From NCBI GenBank assembly GCA_964016885.1, contig OZ024742.1, positions 363,134,001 through 363,198,000 of the forward strand: a stretch of 64,000 nucleotides of DNA, read 5' to 3'. The DNA comes from Eledone cirrhosa (taxonomy: Eukaryota). Position numbers and translations under genes: made by a program. Shown here piece after piece: positions 12,838 to 26,863 of this stretch (its first letter is position 1; every line of letters starts with the position of its first letter). Below the pieces are notes generated by a model. The model was not told the origin of the DNA and searched no databases. It saw only the letters and a list, made by a program, of their open reading frames with translations.

Positions 12838-14315
12838 CAATGTCAGACTTGAACCCGTCACCACCTCTAGCAACAAACCTCAAGGGCACACCTTACACCA
12901 CATCTCCACACTCATTGATCCACTTTAACACAAATAGTGACATCCTTCTAGAACCTTTTACCCTAGAGATATCCCCATGTACATCTACTTTTCGTATAAT
13001 TGCCTTCAATTACTTAGACTACATTACACCACTATATAATTAATGTAAACTTTAAACACCGAATTGGTTGTGCTAATGTTGTTCTGTGTATGGAGTGCTA
13101 TCATTGGATAAATGGAAGATTAAGTAATTTATTAACAATAAAAGAGCTATATAACCTATATGCTGAGTACAATGAATTATGTACAAGAGATGTATGAGTT
13201 ATACATACATGTATGACTTGATGGTCAGATTAGTGACATTGTAAGTGAGAATTGATCTCTGGTCTACCCTAGTGATATTTAACTTTGCCATGCAATCAGA
13301 CATGCACTGACCCAGAGCTTACCAGGAGTTATATATAGAAGTGATTCTAATAAAACCCTGCCAGGTTCTGCGGGTAGACTACACTTACAAAGATCATTGA
13401 TTTGGGGATCTGACTCTTCATGTAGAATATCCAGTTGTGGCTCTCTATGATAGAGGGTAATCATCCTAATATGAACACCTTTAGTACTTCTTGATAGACT
13501 ACACTGTAATTATAGATAGGATACTTAAATTTAGAAACTGTTTATAACCTTATATGATAGGGACTCATTTGAGACACCATTTAATGTACATTAGGATAAT
13601 AAATTTAGTTATAAAAATCAGCTAGTTACCTCCCCTCACGCATTAACTCCCCTTAATCACACACACACTTCCGGAAAATAATCCGATGTTAATTCTCGCA
13701 ACAAAAACAACCTGCTCTATAATATTGGATTAAGGAACAATAAGCTGTAATATTCTAACATAATTCATCAAGCATCCAATATTGAATCATCGTAGATTAT
13801 GTGAAGGACATATAATCTATATATTACGTTTCCTGGATTATGAAAATGGTGGTGTATACGAAAACCATAACATTGTTTTGCTTCTCATTTTTAATATTTT
13901 TAATATTTCTAATATTTCTCTGCACACAAGCTTCTATATCATACATATAAAAAAATACTTTACCAATACAACCCCCATAATACTCTTGATTGCCCGCTTA
14001 AAGTGCTTGTATTACATATAACAACCTGCCGCACTATAATCTTATATAAATAAGACACACGCGCATGCCCCACGTGTAACAATTGCATACACTAACTACT
14101 TCTAACTATCTTCCTGCATTTTCTTCGTAAACAGCCAATGTTGTATTTTAACTTCAATTTTGTTTTCTTTTAATATGACTTTAATCTTTGAATGTAAATT
14201 GCCTTGCTTAAATATTATAATGGATGTCAACCCACTGTGCATAAATATATACATAAGTTTCTGTATGTCTCCTGTGTTGGAAAGGAGGTCAAGTATGTAA
14301 ACACTCATTGAAAAA

Positions 14316-14364
14316 TTGCTCCGAAGACACCAAACCACGGTTTGGAAGAAACAATTGTAAGCGA
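14316..14364 (+). ncRNA. pLTR hammerhead motif, variant core CCGAAGA
   Basis: ttgct-CCGAAGA-ca ccaaacc ac ggtttgg aa-GAAA-caattg-TA-agcga. Confidence 0.7.
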
Positions 14365-14400
14365 ATAAATGGTTTAAACAGAACTTTGATTCATGTAATT

Positions 14401-14464
<64 letters not shown>

Positions 14465-14859
14465 TGTCAGCTCGTCGGCGTCTAATTGGCAACCCCACCA
14501 AGATTGGTTGCTTGGTGAGTTGGGTTATTTTGGACATCCTGTGGGATGAACATTTTTTGTGGAGCGAGACTCATAGTCTTCATTAACACACCTCTGTGGG
14601 AGAAGGTACCCTCTGATATAAAATCTGTGACTTTTCTTGCATCCAATAATGTATACCAGTTCTTTTGGGGAAAATTCATTAAAAAAGCTTTAAGCAAGGC
14701 ATCGCTTGATATGTGACATTCTTTGCGATGTTGAGTATTTCTGGGCATAGACAAGTAAGTTCCTATCAGGACTAAAAGGTCACGACTGTGATGCTCATCC
14801 TGAATTATCAATCAATGATATTACTGGAAATGAAGCTGCAGCTATGATATATATATAGG

Positions 14860-16643
14860 CTGAACACTACAATCAACAGAAAATTATGAGAAACCTAAAA
14901 ACTCTAATCAACCAATACAAAGAAGGACTCACTAACAAGGAATTCAGCTTCATCACAGAATTCACAAGTAAATCCAGCCTTTTCTACGGTATCCCTAAAG
15001 TACATAAAAGCGAATCAATAAGTAAGGCATGCAAGGAAGCCACAGACATAGTCATCAATGTTCCCTCAGCCAATGATCTCAAATTAAGAACTATAATAGC
15101 AGGCCCCGCTTGCGAAACGCACCGTATTAGCAACTTCATTGATACCCTTCTCAAACCCTTCCTCAAGCACATCAAAAGCTATATAAGGGACGACCTAGAT
15201 ATGCTCAATCACCTCCCTAATATACCACTTTCTGAACAAACCCTACTAGTAACGTTCGATGTAGTCAACCTATACTCCAACATCCCCCACAACCTAGGAA
15301 TAGAAGCTATCCAATTCTGGCTGGATAATTTCCACAATGAACTCCCACAACGCATCAAAAAAGAATTCGTGATAGAGGGACTCAAATTTATCTTGGAGAA
15401 CAATTACTTCGTTTTCAATAACAAACCCTACAGGCAGAAATCTGGGACCGCTATGGGAACGAAAACAGCCCCCACTTATGCCAACCTAGTCATGGGATAC
15501 CTGGAAATCACCCTCTAAACTAAAGTCCTAAGCAAATTTGGAAACACCCTCCACTTACACATTGAAAGGAACTGGAAGCGATATCTAGATGACTGCTTCA
15601 TCCTTTGGCACGAAAACATCGAAAAACTTAAAGAATTTCACACCCTTATAAATGGGCTCAACACAAATATTAACTTCACGATGGAATACAGCCATCAACA
15701 ACTCCCCTTCCTCGACATGCTCATTAAGATCCATAACAAAAAAATAGAAACAGACATATACTAAAAGCCCACAGACTCCAAGCAATATCTCCCCTTCAAC
15801 TCTTGCCACCCTAGACACGTTAAAATTAATATTCCCTACAACTTAGCCAAGAGAATCTGTACTATAGTCTCCAATAAAAACATCTGCTACTTACGGCTAC
15901 AAGAACTAAAGGACACACTCATAGGCAGGGACTACCCTGCATCACTAATTGACAATGGAATCCAACGTGCCCTAAAACTCAGTACCCAGGACCTTAGACA
16001 CCCTAAAGTAAATCAACCAAAACTAAAAGCTCTTCCATACATCTCCACACACAACCCCCTCAACAATGAGGCCTTTGACACCATCCTCCAGAACGTCCCT
16101 GTATTGAAAAAGGACCATAGAATGAACCAAATTCTACGAACACACGATATCATAAAGAGCAAAAGACAATCCAAGTCAATGAAAAACATCTTAACACATG
16201 CCAAAGTACTGCCAACCACAACAACGAAACCCACAGTAAAAAAATGTGATAGACCCAACTGTGGCATTTGCATCAACCTAATAGAGGGTTCGGAATTCTA
16301 TTTCAAAGATGGACAACGTTTTATAGTAAAACACAATTTCACATGTGCATCGGAAAATCTAATATATGTATTAACTTGTTCAGGTTGTCGAGAACAATAC
16401 ATAGGCCAGACCAAAAACAGCCTCCGCCAACGCATGACTGTCCATAGATCCCAAATCAAAATACGGGAATACAGGAAAATACCACTGAGTGAACACATTG
16501 ATACCTGTGCCGCCCCAAATCATCCCAACTTCAGAATCTTTCCCCTCTACAAATTTAAAGATAATGCCACCCACACCCAGCGCATCAGCAAGGAATCTTA
16601 CTTCATTAACAAATACGGACCCCGTCTAAACACTTCTCCCTAA
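14860..16643 (+). pseudogene. 5'-truncated Penelope-like element, Naiad-like RT + GIY-YIG endonuclease
   Basis: Single frame with two TAA stops; FYGIPKVHK, FDVVNLYSNIP, GTAMGT..APTYANL, RYLDD, SCHP..K.NIPYNLAKRICTIV, CDRPNCGIC, NLIY..TCSGC..YIGQT. Confidence 0.9.
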
Positions 16644-16778
16644 GACGAACCCACAACATACACACGTCAACATACATACCTACATCAGCACACATCTCTA
16701 CCCACATATAAATACAATGACATACGTAAACACACATGCTCTATGGTGCAACATAAAAAAAAAATATATGTGCATATA

Positions 16779-16828
<50 letters not shown>

Positions 16829-16975
16829 ATATATGCATGTGTATATATATATTGTGAATATCATTTCACACCTTTTTTTGTTAAGATTTTTGATGTTCTA
16901 TTAAGAGAACATAATTTACTGAAAAAATCGAATAATGTACACCATTTTACCAGGGGGAAAAAATACTGGTCCACC

Positions 16976-17009
<34 letters not shown>

Positions 17010-17188
17010 CACACACACATACACACGCGAACATCAACATACAAAGAGACTTATATATACACACACACACACACGCACTTCTCCGTATAAGACAAAAGCT
17101 GAAAAATATCTTTTGACATGCTAAAATACCCCCCATTGCTTTCAGACACATTCTTACCGACCATCCCTGCCACCACGAATTACTCTGC

Positions 17189-17297
<109 letters not shown>

Positions 17298-17319
17298 TTG
17301 TTGTGAAAGAGTCATTTCT

Positions 17320-17734
17320 CAATCTTGGCGCAAAACCAATTTTTTATTCACATGACCTCTACCGACCAATCAAAATTGTTTTGACCACAAGAATTTTTGC
17401 TGGAGCCACTTTTTTAACATAAAAACAGTCTTGGCGCAAAATCAATTTTTTACATTCACATGACCTCTACCGACCAATCAAAATTGTTTTGACCACAAGA
17501 AGTTTTACATAAAAACAGGTAGAATTCCCAAAACTAATCAGATCAGAGCAAACAGCACGGACACTCTATCTCAAAATTATTTTTGAAAAGCATTTAGAAA
17601 TGCGAAACCGGTAAAAACTTAAAAACTTAAAACCACAACTGAATACTAACCCATACAATCACTAATACTCTTTTATTCCTAATTAAACCATTTTTCAACT
17701 GTGAACAATTTGTCAGCATTTTCTATTCCGTTTA

Positions 17735-17801
<67 letters not shown>

Positions 17802-18135
17802 GCTGGAAATGCTAGGTTGTTAGAGAAGTGATTTGTTTGGTTGATGAATGTCATGTGAATAAGTATAATAAATTTCGCGCCTGTTCGCGTTACAAAGTTC
17901 TTATTATATTTGCCTTAAAAAAAAGGGGGACTGAGATTGTTTTTTCATATGTGAGTGAAGTTTGGTTGGTTGATGCAGTCACGTAAATAAGCACATCAGC
18001 TTTGGTGCCAGTTTGTGTTTGAATTTCTTTTTACTTAAAAAAAAGTGGCTCACGAAGGCTTTTTTATAAATGTAATTTGATGGTTATAAATGAAATTATA
18101 ACTGTCACGTGAACATGTACATTCAATTTCGCGCC
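17320..18135. repeat. Inverted arrays of a ~105-130-bp degenerate unit (2 copies +, 3 copies -) around a (TA)n
   Basis: ggcgc(a/g)aaa...attcacatgac unit at 17326 and 17432; reverse form gtcatgtgaa...tttcgcgcc at ~17850, 17978 and 18104. Confidence 0.6.
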
Positions 18136-18257
18136 TATATTTTGGAATTTGTTTGTAGCCATTTAGAGAATGTTGTGCTATTCAAAAGATAATAGTCAAC
18201 AAACTGGGATGGTGAGAGTTGTTCTCGTTCAGTGAGTATGATTGATGTGCTGAAATG

Positions 18258-18340
<83 letters not shown>

Positions 18341-18416
18341 ATGTATGTATATATATATATATATATATATACATACACACACACACGCATATATACATAT
18401 ATACATACATATATAT

Positions 18417-18780
18417 AGTAATAATAATAAATGTGAAGACTAAAATCCAAAGAAGGCTCGTTAAGGATAAATATACATCAAATATATAAGAACACTAGAG
18501 CAAATATTTATTAGAATAACAGAATAAATTGTAAGCAAAGAATCGTTGCTTTCACCTTTAACGGGATCTTCTGAAACTGAAAAAAAAATCGATTTGTGAA
18601 CGCATAAGTAAATATTTCGAAATATTTACTTCTCCGTCCACAGATTGAATTTTTCAGATTCAGAAGATCCCTTCAAGGGTTAAAGCAGTGATTCTTTGTT
18701 TAAACTTTAATCTATTCTTAAAATAAATATTTTCTCTACGGGTTTTATATATATATAATACTTATCGAGCCGATAATTAG
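18417..18780 (-). mobile_element. PLE-type fold-back (arms ~18455-18580 and 18655-18770)
   Basis: Inverted homology between the arms; same family as 6060-6222. Confidence 0.65.
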
Positions 18781-18900
18781 GAGAGAGGGTCAAGTTCAGG
18801 AGAGATATATAAACAGAGAAAGATAGATTTATTCTAGTTTATTTTAATATATTTTCTTTTTTTTTTTATTATTTTATGCTTATTTTCCTTTATTTTCAAC

Positions 18901-18945
<45 letters not shown>

Positions 18946-19189
18946 TTTTCTTTATTAACCACAAGGGTTCACATAAAGTAGACATTAAGGACAGTACAGG
19001 ACAATACAGGACGGTACAAATGGGCATTTCTGCGTGTAAAAAAAAACAGAGGTTGAAATAAAATAACAAAGAAAAATTCCCCAATAGGGGGGAGACTTCC
19101 GAGCGACATTTGTGGAGAAAGCCCATTAAAAGACCACAGTGGCCCTGACCACCAGGGCAAGTGCCCTCTCCCAGTTTTCCTCCTTTAAT

Positions 19190-22100
19190 TTACAGACACA
19201 TACTCAGAGAAGGCCCATTCATTCGGGCCATACTTGCTTCTCTCACCCATCTTTCAACAAAATGCTGGGAAGAGAGCACTTCCCTCTCTACCCTGATTTT
19301 CCTTTTCAAATGAAATTTGAAAAAGTTAATCAGGGCATCACCGAAGAGGTAAGTGCTCGTCTTCAGCCCTTTCAAACGTGTCCACCATACTATCTCTTTC
19401 GCCATGGCCACCAGACAGATAAAAACTGCCTGCCCTTCCAGGCTAAAGGAAGGAGGGCGGGGCAATGCTCACGATGGACTCAGCTGATAGCTGGATCCGT
19501 CCTACACGTGACAGCAGGTGTTCGACATAAACCCACAAGTCAGCAATGCTCGGACACTGGACGAGTGCGTGCAGGACGGTTTCGTCGCCCTGCGCGCATC
19601 TCGGACATGCCCGGCTGACGGCACCTCCATGCCTGTAGAGTTTATCCCGAACTGGCAAAGCTCCTCGGTAGCACTGCCAGGCCAGGGATTTCTGGAAGTT
19701 GTCCATAGGCCCCGACCCGAAAGTCCTTCCGAAGAGATTGGCTAGTTGATTTTCGTCGACGCCTAGAGTTTCTCCAAGTACGTCGTCGCTCTTCCCCTCC
19801 ACTAATCCCCTATAGAACGCCAAGGTGGAGTTTCCACCGATCACATTGCCCGATTGGTCGAGGGCTGTGAGCGCCTGAAGACATTCCAGTCTCCAAGCGC
19901 TCCCTCTCGGTCTTCGCTTGACCCAGGACTGCAGCTCCGTCAAGGAGACGAGCTGGGGAAAAACGTGTCTTGCAAACGGCGACCACACCTGATCACCGTC
20001 GAGGAAGAGGTGGAGATATCGTAGCCTGAGCGCGTGTCTGCGCATCATCAGCCACGGCATGCCCAGCCCTCCACGTAGCGGGTGTTGACAGCAGATGGAC
20101 CGCCTGACCATCGGAGCGCGTCCCTTCCACAAGAAGCGAAAGAGCAAACGCTCCAGCGCAGTCAGGCGGGGCTTAGGACAAGGTACGACGGTCAGGCGGT
20201 AGTAGATGACGGATGCGATGTACGCATTCGCCACCTCCGCTCGACCTTTCAGGGATAGCTTCCTCTCGGCCCATTTCTGGGTGAGAGAAGCCACCCTGCT
20301 CGTCACCTCGTCCCAGTTTTTGTTCGTCTGGAGGTCTGGACCGAACCAGACCCCTAGCAATTTAACCGGTCCGTCCGTCCAGCGCCCGACGACGCTGTTG
20401 GACGGCATGGACCTGCCTCTCCAGGTGCCGAGCTGCAAGCCCACTGACTTTTCCTGGTTGATCATTGCTCCTGTCACCGCTTCGTATTCTCTTAGTGTAG
20501 TGCCGATCGCCTCGATGTGTTTGGCGTTCGACACCACTACGGTGACATCGTCGGCATATGCTGACACGGATCTTCCGCATCCTAGTTCGCGCGGGACCCC
20601 CCTCAACGTCTCCAGTTTGTGCAGTAATGGCTCGAGAGTCAATACGTACAATAGGGACGAGAGGGGACATCCTTGGCGGACCGAGCGCATGATGTTGAAC
20701 GGTTCCGAAAGGTGACCGTTCACTCTCACTACAGAGCAGATGTCGCTGTGCATGGCAGCGATCCAGCCTCTGAAGACGGGCCCAAAGCCAGCAGCCCTCA
20801 GGACTGCCGCTAGGTAACGATGGTCGACCCTATCGAAGGCTTTCGACTGATCTAAATTGATCAAAGACCCACCCGTGCCAGGTTCCCTAGCTACCCTCTC
20901 TACGATGTATCGCATGAGGTGGAGGTTGTCGTGGATGGATCTGTCGGGAATGGCGCATGTCTGTGCCTCTCCCACCAGACCACCAACGACAAGCGCCAAC
21001 CTCTTTGCTAGCACCTTGGCCAAAATCTTGAACTCTGTGTTTAGCAGAGTTATGGGCCTAAAATTATCTATGTTATCCCCCTTGTTCGGATCCTTTCTCA
21101 GCAGCGCCACCGCTCCTCGGCTCACAGAGCTGGGAATTCTCCCGTTCTGTTGCCAGTTGCAGTAGACGTCCGCCAAGAGGCCTCCGAACAAGTTTGGCAT
21201 TTGTGCGTAAAGTTCATAGGGCAGACCATCCAAACCAGGCGATTTACCCCTTGTGCAACTAGTCATTGCATCCCGTACTTCAGCGGTTGTTATCGGCTTT
21301 TCGCAACACTCCGCCTCAGTGGCCGAAAGCCGCGGCAGTCCGTCGAGGTAGACACTAAAGTCCATCCCTCGATCCGGCCCGCCACTGCCTCCGAACAGTT
21401 GAGCGAAGTGTCTCTGAAAAGCTTCACACATTTGCCCGGGATCGAGTAGCATGCGCCCGTCGTGGTCCACCAAAGACCGGATCGTGGCTTTGTTGCCACG
21501 ACGCGCCTCCGCCACTCGGGCCCATTGAACGGCTTTCGTCCCCTCGGGTCTGAGAGCACGCACCCTAGCTCTGACAACGCAGCCTTCGTGCTTTGCATTG
21601 AAGAATTGGTCAAGGGCCAATTTCGCCGCAAGTACGTCGGTCGCGATGCCTTTGCTAAGCGCCTCATCTAATTTTCTAACTAATTCTCCCTCTGCTCTAT
21701 TTTTCTCTATTGCTAAAGTCTTACTAAACCTAATGGACTCTATTCTAATTGCTCTTTTCAGAGCAAACCACCACTTGTTGTTGACGATGGCCCCCGTCAA
21801 CGCCCGCTTAACTAGTTCGCTAATCCGGTCTCTGTAGGCCTTGCGCGCTGGTAAGGACGCGTTTAGCTTCCAGTAGCCGGGTCCTCGTCTATGAAGCCTA
21901 TCTACGTCAAGCACACAGATCACGAATTTGTGGTCCGTGTAGCTGACTATCTTGAATTGTGGACAGCCTATGCTAGACCTATCTATTTCCCTACAAAATA
22001 CTCTATCTAGATATGATCTGGATGACCCTATGCGATTTGTCCAAGTCCACATTGGTACATTCGGGAAATCCATTCGGTACCTGTCAGACAGTTCAAAACG

Positions 22101-22610
22101 TCTGAGCAGGTTGGTGAGACTCTTGCACCCTCCTTCCCTATCCACTAATCCCACACAATCCCAGCATGTATCTAATATCCCGTTCCAGTCGCCCACTAAC
22201 ACTAAAGAGCGGGACGTTCCAAGAAAGGTCTCCAGACGCCGGAAGAAATCAGGCCGCCCTGCTCCTGTCGGGGCATAGACGGCCACTAACCTGAAAGCTT
22301 GCCCGTCTCCGCAGGTCACGTCCAGCACCACCAACTTACCTTCTGGGTCCAGGAAGATGGCCCGTATGGCAAGATCCAAACCTCTCCGTAACAGCCCAGC
22401 AACTCCTCCCCCCGATCCCGGACGGCTGGGAGATGCGTACACATCGTAGCCGCCGAAGATCGGTGCGAAAGCCTGTGCTTCGGAGATTCTGGTCTCGCTG
22501 ATGGCCACTACATCTATGTTTAGTGACCTGAGGTCGTTGAGCAGGTGGCCCTGCTTCCATGATGACCCCAAGCCACGCGCATTTATGCTGCCTATCCTGA
22601 GTGAGGTCAT
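19190..22610 (-). CDS. Tx1/L1 ORF2: APE endonuclease + reverse transcriptase + C-terminal Cys finger (frameshift near 19450)
   Basis: SINARGL, ISET, GDWN, YLDR, YTDH; KSPGLDGLP, FRPITLLN, DQSKAFD, RQGCPLS, YADD, CPRC..ETVLH..C. Confidence 0.92.
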
Positions 22611-22644
22611 GTTGAAAAGGAGTGGAAAAGATGGGAAAGACCTC

Positions 22645-24652
22645 TTACCTTACTTCTCGTAGGGGAAGGACGGTTTTTCCATCCTTTTCACTGCTTGTGG
22701 CCTCCTCAGGAAGGATGTCTTTATAAATCCTCCTGGAGAGTGCTTGTCGGAAGTCTCCGATGTCTTTTGGGAATTTTTGTTTTAGTGTCATGTACGTTTT
22801 CTGTGTGATGCGAGTGATTTGTATGTGTGGAGGTGGTGTGAATTTTGGGGTTGTTGTGTAGTCTTTTTCTGTGATGCTGGTGTTGTGTTGGATGTAGTGT
22901 AATAATTGCTTGTTGTTCAAATTTAATGCTGTGTAGTGTGTATCGTTTTGGTTGTTTTGTTTTGTTTGCGTTTGTTGTGGGTTTGTTTCTGTTTCGCATT
23001 TTGGTGACTTTTGTGGTGTAGTTGATGGTGGTGCTGGGGATAATGATGGTGATGGTGTTGGTGTTTGGGTTGATGGGGTTGGTGATGCCGGTGTGGATGG
23101 TGGCATATCTGTCCTAACTTTTTTGTTTCTTAGTTTATTTGTTTCCCTCTGTGTTTTGTTTTTGGAGGGAGAAGGAAGAGAATTTTTTCTTTTTTGGTTT
23201 CTTTTTTTTTTTCCGGATATCGTTTCCCACTCCTCGTCGTCACAATCTGTCTCCAGTTGTGATAGGCCGGGGAGTGGAAAATCCTCCACAGCCGTTAGTT
23301 TTGGTTGTGGTGTCGTGGATGGTGTAGGCGCTGGTGCTAGTTCTGAAGCGTTTGGTGGTGGTGGTGTTGGTTTTGCTGGTGGTGGTAGTGGTGTTGGTTT
23401 TGCTACTGTTGCTGGGGTTGTTGCTGTTATAGTTGCTTCTGTTGTTGCTGCTACAGTTGTTGCTGCCATCTCTGCTACTGGTGGTGTTGATGGTTGTGTC
23501 ACTGGGGTGGGTAGGAGAGGTGGCCTCAACCTTTTAGACTGAGGGCAGAAAGCCCTTAGATGGGTTCCTTCACCACAAACGACACACCTAGGTCTTCTGC
23601 CCTCGACAATTACCGTGAGGTGGCTGCCGTCAGTGAGGTCTATTACCTCTGGGATCTCCTCAATGCTTTTTTGGTCCGCTTGGATCAGGAGCTCCATCCC
23701 AGATCCGGACCAGTTTTCCTGCTTTTCTTTTGCTATTGCTATTATTTTCGTGTTGGCTTCGATGCCGGCGAGGACAGCCGCCATTAGGCCAGGGAATTTC
23801 GATGACCGGTGGAACGTGGGTCACCCTGATCTTTACGAGTCTCTGGCCACAATAGCTTGGGACGAGTGTGAAGTCGTCACTTTTTAATGGGGCCATGGAG
23901 TGTTCTCTAGCCTCCTCTGGTGTTTCAAAGAACACATCCACGGTTCCATACTTTTGCCCACGTCTGATGTGGGTTTTTCTTGCCCACACATGTCCCAAAG
24001 CTTTTTGGATTTGGGACTCGGATGCCCGTTCCACTCGGCGCGATTTTACATTTATTGTTCTATACGACACGGTGCATAGGCGCCGATGCTCCATTTTATT
24101 AGGTGTGTGTGGGGGGGGGGGGGTGAGGCTGACCCTGTACCCATCTTTTTTTACCATTTGTTTGGCATTTTCTAAATCCTCTTGAGTTACCGTGAACGCT
24201 TCGAATTGTTTTGCTACGATGGCGAAACTGAGGGTCGGTTTTATAATGTCATTGTTGTTGTTGTTGCTATCGTTATTTGTGTTAATATTAATTTTAGTTT
24301 CAGTTGTGGTGGTGGTGGCGTCAGTCGTCTTTGGTGCGGAAGAGTCCATTTTGCTTAATTTCATTTCGACATCACGAGTTAATTTATTTTTTTCTTCTTT
24401 TGGTTCTGTTGTCGCGGTGGTGGTGGGGGTAGTGGTTGTCGCGGTGGTGGTGGTGGTGGAGTTTTTAACACCTGCAGTCATTGGTAATGGCGGGAAATGA
24501 ATGTCTGCCTGAGACAAATTTAAAATATTGCTACTGCTTATATTTTTTTTTGTGTTGGCAAATGTAGTAACATTTACAATGGTGGTGTCGGTGTGAGGTG
24601 TTATTTTGTGAGGAAGGCTTTCAGCTGCTTCGTGCAGAGGGGAATTAGCCAT
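22645..24652 (-). CDS. Tx1 ORF1 (RRM-like region, CCHC zinc knuckle, Pro/Thr-rich), frameshifted near 23785
   Basis: Two overlapping ORFs; CVVCGEGTHLRAFC knuckle; the second copy reads through the junction (IPWLIAAVL). Confidence 0.8.
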
Positions 24653-24861
24653 TTTTTTTCAAAGAAATTTTTGGATAATAATAAAAGTTAAAATTTTGGG
24701 CACAAGGCCCCAATCTTTTTGGGTGTCCTTTTCGGAAAACAATGTATGTGTGCTTATAAACAGTTAACAATAAAATTTTCCATAAATGGCAATTTTTAAA
24801 CAAACGGAAATAACAAACCTTTGCGGAGCTCACGATAATACGATTTCCTACGTAGGTCGCC

Positions 24862-24903
<42 letters not shown>

Positions 24904-24905
<2 letters not shown>

Positions 24906-26246
24906 GCTTGCCATACCAGTAGTAACCTACAGTTACAATGTCATCAACTGGTCAAGCACAGAGATCCGTAGGCTCAATACAAAAATCCGAAAATTCTTAA
25001 TCATGCATAGAATGCATCACCCTAAGGCAGACATAGATGGAATATATCTCCCTAGGAAAGAAGGAGGACGTGGGTTAATCCAGTTAGACATTGCGTTGAA
25101 AACTGCAACAATTGGATTATCCACATATCTAAGGGAATCACATGATTGGATGATCAAACTCGTTTTGAAACACGAAAGCACAAAAAGATCATATTCCATT
25201 ACAAAAGATGCACAAAGATACAGTAATGGACTACACATTTCAGAAGTCCCATTTACTGCTGAAATGGAAAACACAGGAAAAGCAAAGCAGGTAAAAGTAA
25301 CTGCAAAGAAAGAACTGCTACAGAAACTGGCTAAGAAATGGCAAGAAAAGCCTCTGTATGGAAAATACCCAGAGCTAGCTAACAATCCTGATGTTGACAA
25401 AACTTTAACCCATCAGTGGTTGGCATCCTCTGGACTGAAATCGGAGACTGAAGGACTGATTAAAATCGGCACAAGATCAGTGTCTGCCAACAAAAAATTA
25501 CCAAGCCAACATAATAAAAAATGGGTGCAGCCCATTATGCCGTGTATGCAAAAAACAACCAGAGACCATTGACCATATAATTTCAATGGGCAGTCCTATA
25601 GCTCCAACCGAATACCTAAACAGGCATGACAGAGCTGCACAATACATACATTGGATAATGTGTAAGCATTTTGACCTGCCCCATCAAAAGAATTGGTGGG
25701 AGCATCAACCACCTCCCATACTTGAAAAAGATCACATCTCAATCTTGTGGAACTTTAGCATCCAAACAGACCGAAAAATAGATGCAAATAGACCTGATAT
25801 AATATTGAAGGACTTTCAAAGGAGGGTATGCCTGCTAATTGATATGTCTGTTCCAATAGACAAGAATGTATCTATAAAAACATTTGAAAAATTGAGCAAG
25901 TATAAGGACCTGGAGATAGAAATTGGAAAAATGTGGAAATTGAGAACTAAAACAATACCAGTGGTTGTAGGCGCTCTGGGAATGATACCTAAGGGGTCTA
26001 ACGACTACTTATCGCAAATCCCAGGAAACCTGCGTATAGGAGAAATACAAAATATAGTACTAATGGGAACTGCCCATATACTAAGGAAGATCCTGTCAAT
26101 ATAAGTACATCACAAGTCTAAACACTAAGGATGCATGTGTGAATATGTATGTTCTTTCTTGAACATGGCGGACCTTGTTTCTCTTGAGGTCACTGGTTGT
26201 GACTTGGTGATAACTCGTATGAACATAAAGCAAGATAAATGCAAAC
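24904..26246 (+). mobile_element. 5'-truncated R4/Dong-like RLE LINE, family A, (AAT)n tail
   Basis: HHPKAD..IYLPRKEGGRGL, GLKSETEG, RHD, RPDII..IDMSVP..EKLSKYKDL, IPVVVGALG. Confidence 0.88.
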
Positions 26247-26308
<62 letters not shown>

Positions 26309-26311
<3 letters not shown>

Positions 26312-26863
26312 TGTGATGGGCAGGGTGATCCACTGCCACCTGTGCGAAGTAAACAATTTACCACATTCTGAGAAATGGTATGAGCATAAGCCAGAGGCGG
26401 TGATGGAGAACGATCAGGTGAAGGTGCTGTGGGATTTTAGGATACAGACGGACAAGAAACTGGAACGCAATAGACCTGACCTGGTGGTTGTGGACAAAGA
26501 AAAAAGATCGTGCCTGATTGTGGATGTGGCCTGCGCATTCGACACGAGAGTGCAAGAGAAGGAGAGGGAGAAAATTAACCGATACCAGGACTTAAAGTGG
26601 GAGGTAAAAAGGATCTGGAACTGCCATGAAGTCAAAGTGATCCCGATTGTCATAGGCGCACTGGGGACTATCTCCAAAAGTTTCCAGGGATTGTTAAAGA
26701 AAATCGGCCCCTTCACGCTTTTTGGAACGCTTCAAAAGGCATGCTTCCTGGGAACAGCAAGAACCCTCCGATACGTCCTGAATATCTGAGGCTGCAGGTA
26801 GTGGCTTGATATTCATTCCAACGGACTTTCCAGTTAACTAACATCAATGACTGAGATTCAAAG
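26309..26863 (+). mobile_element. R4/Dong-like family B 3' fragment (RLE domain)
   Basis: VLWDFRIQTD..RPDLVV..VDVA..EKINRYQDL; (AAT)n on both sides; near-identical to 33038-33592. Confidence 0.88.

Larger units (their letters stand above)
10016..14403 (+). mobile_element. Near full-length Penelope-like retroelement (Hydra-clade-like) with direct pLTRs
   Basis: Direct repeats ~10020-10182 and ~14240-14403, each with a hammerhead motif; RT plus GIY-YIG ORF between them; (TA)n on both flanks. Confidence 0.92.
18944..24861 (-). mobile_element. Full-length Tx1/L1-clade non-LTR retrotransposon inserted in (AAT)n
   Basis: ORF1 plus ORF2 (APE-RT); AATAAA then (ATT)n at the 3' end; (AAT)n at 18901-18943 and 24862-24903. 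Confidence 0.93.

Noticed and set aside
14482-14811. 109-aa minus-strand ORF between two PLEs
   Set aside because: No recognisable motif or splice signals; TA-flanked, probably a repeat fragment
15516-15764. In-frame stops in the Naiad-like ORF as selenocysteine codons (some Naiads encode selenoproteins)
   Set aside because: Both stops are TAA, at positions where Tyr is likely (IY*KPTD, TL*TK), not TGA; ordinary decay
19139-24500. Plus-strand ORFs overlapping the Tx1 element
   Set aside because: Antisense shadows of GC-rich ORF1/ORF2
24700-24861. HDV-like ribozyme at the Tx1 5' end
   Set aside because: Could not build the nested double pseudoknot by eye
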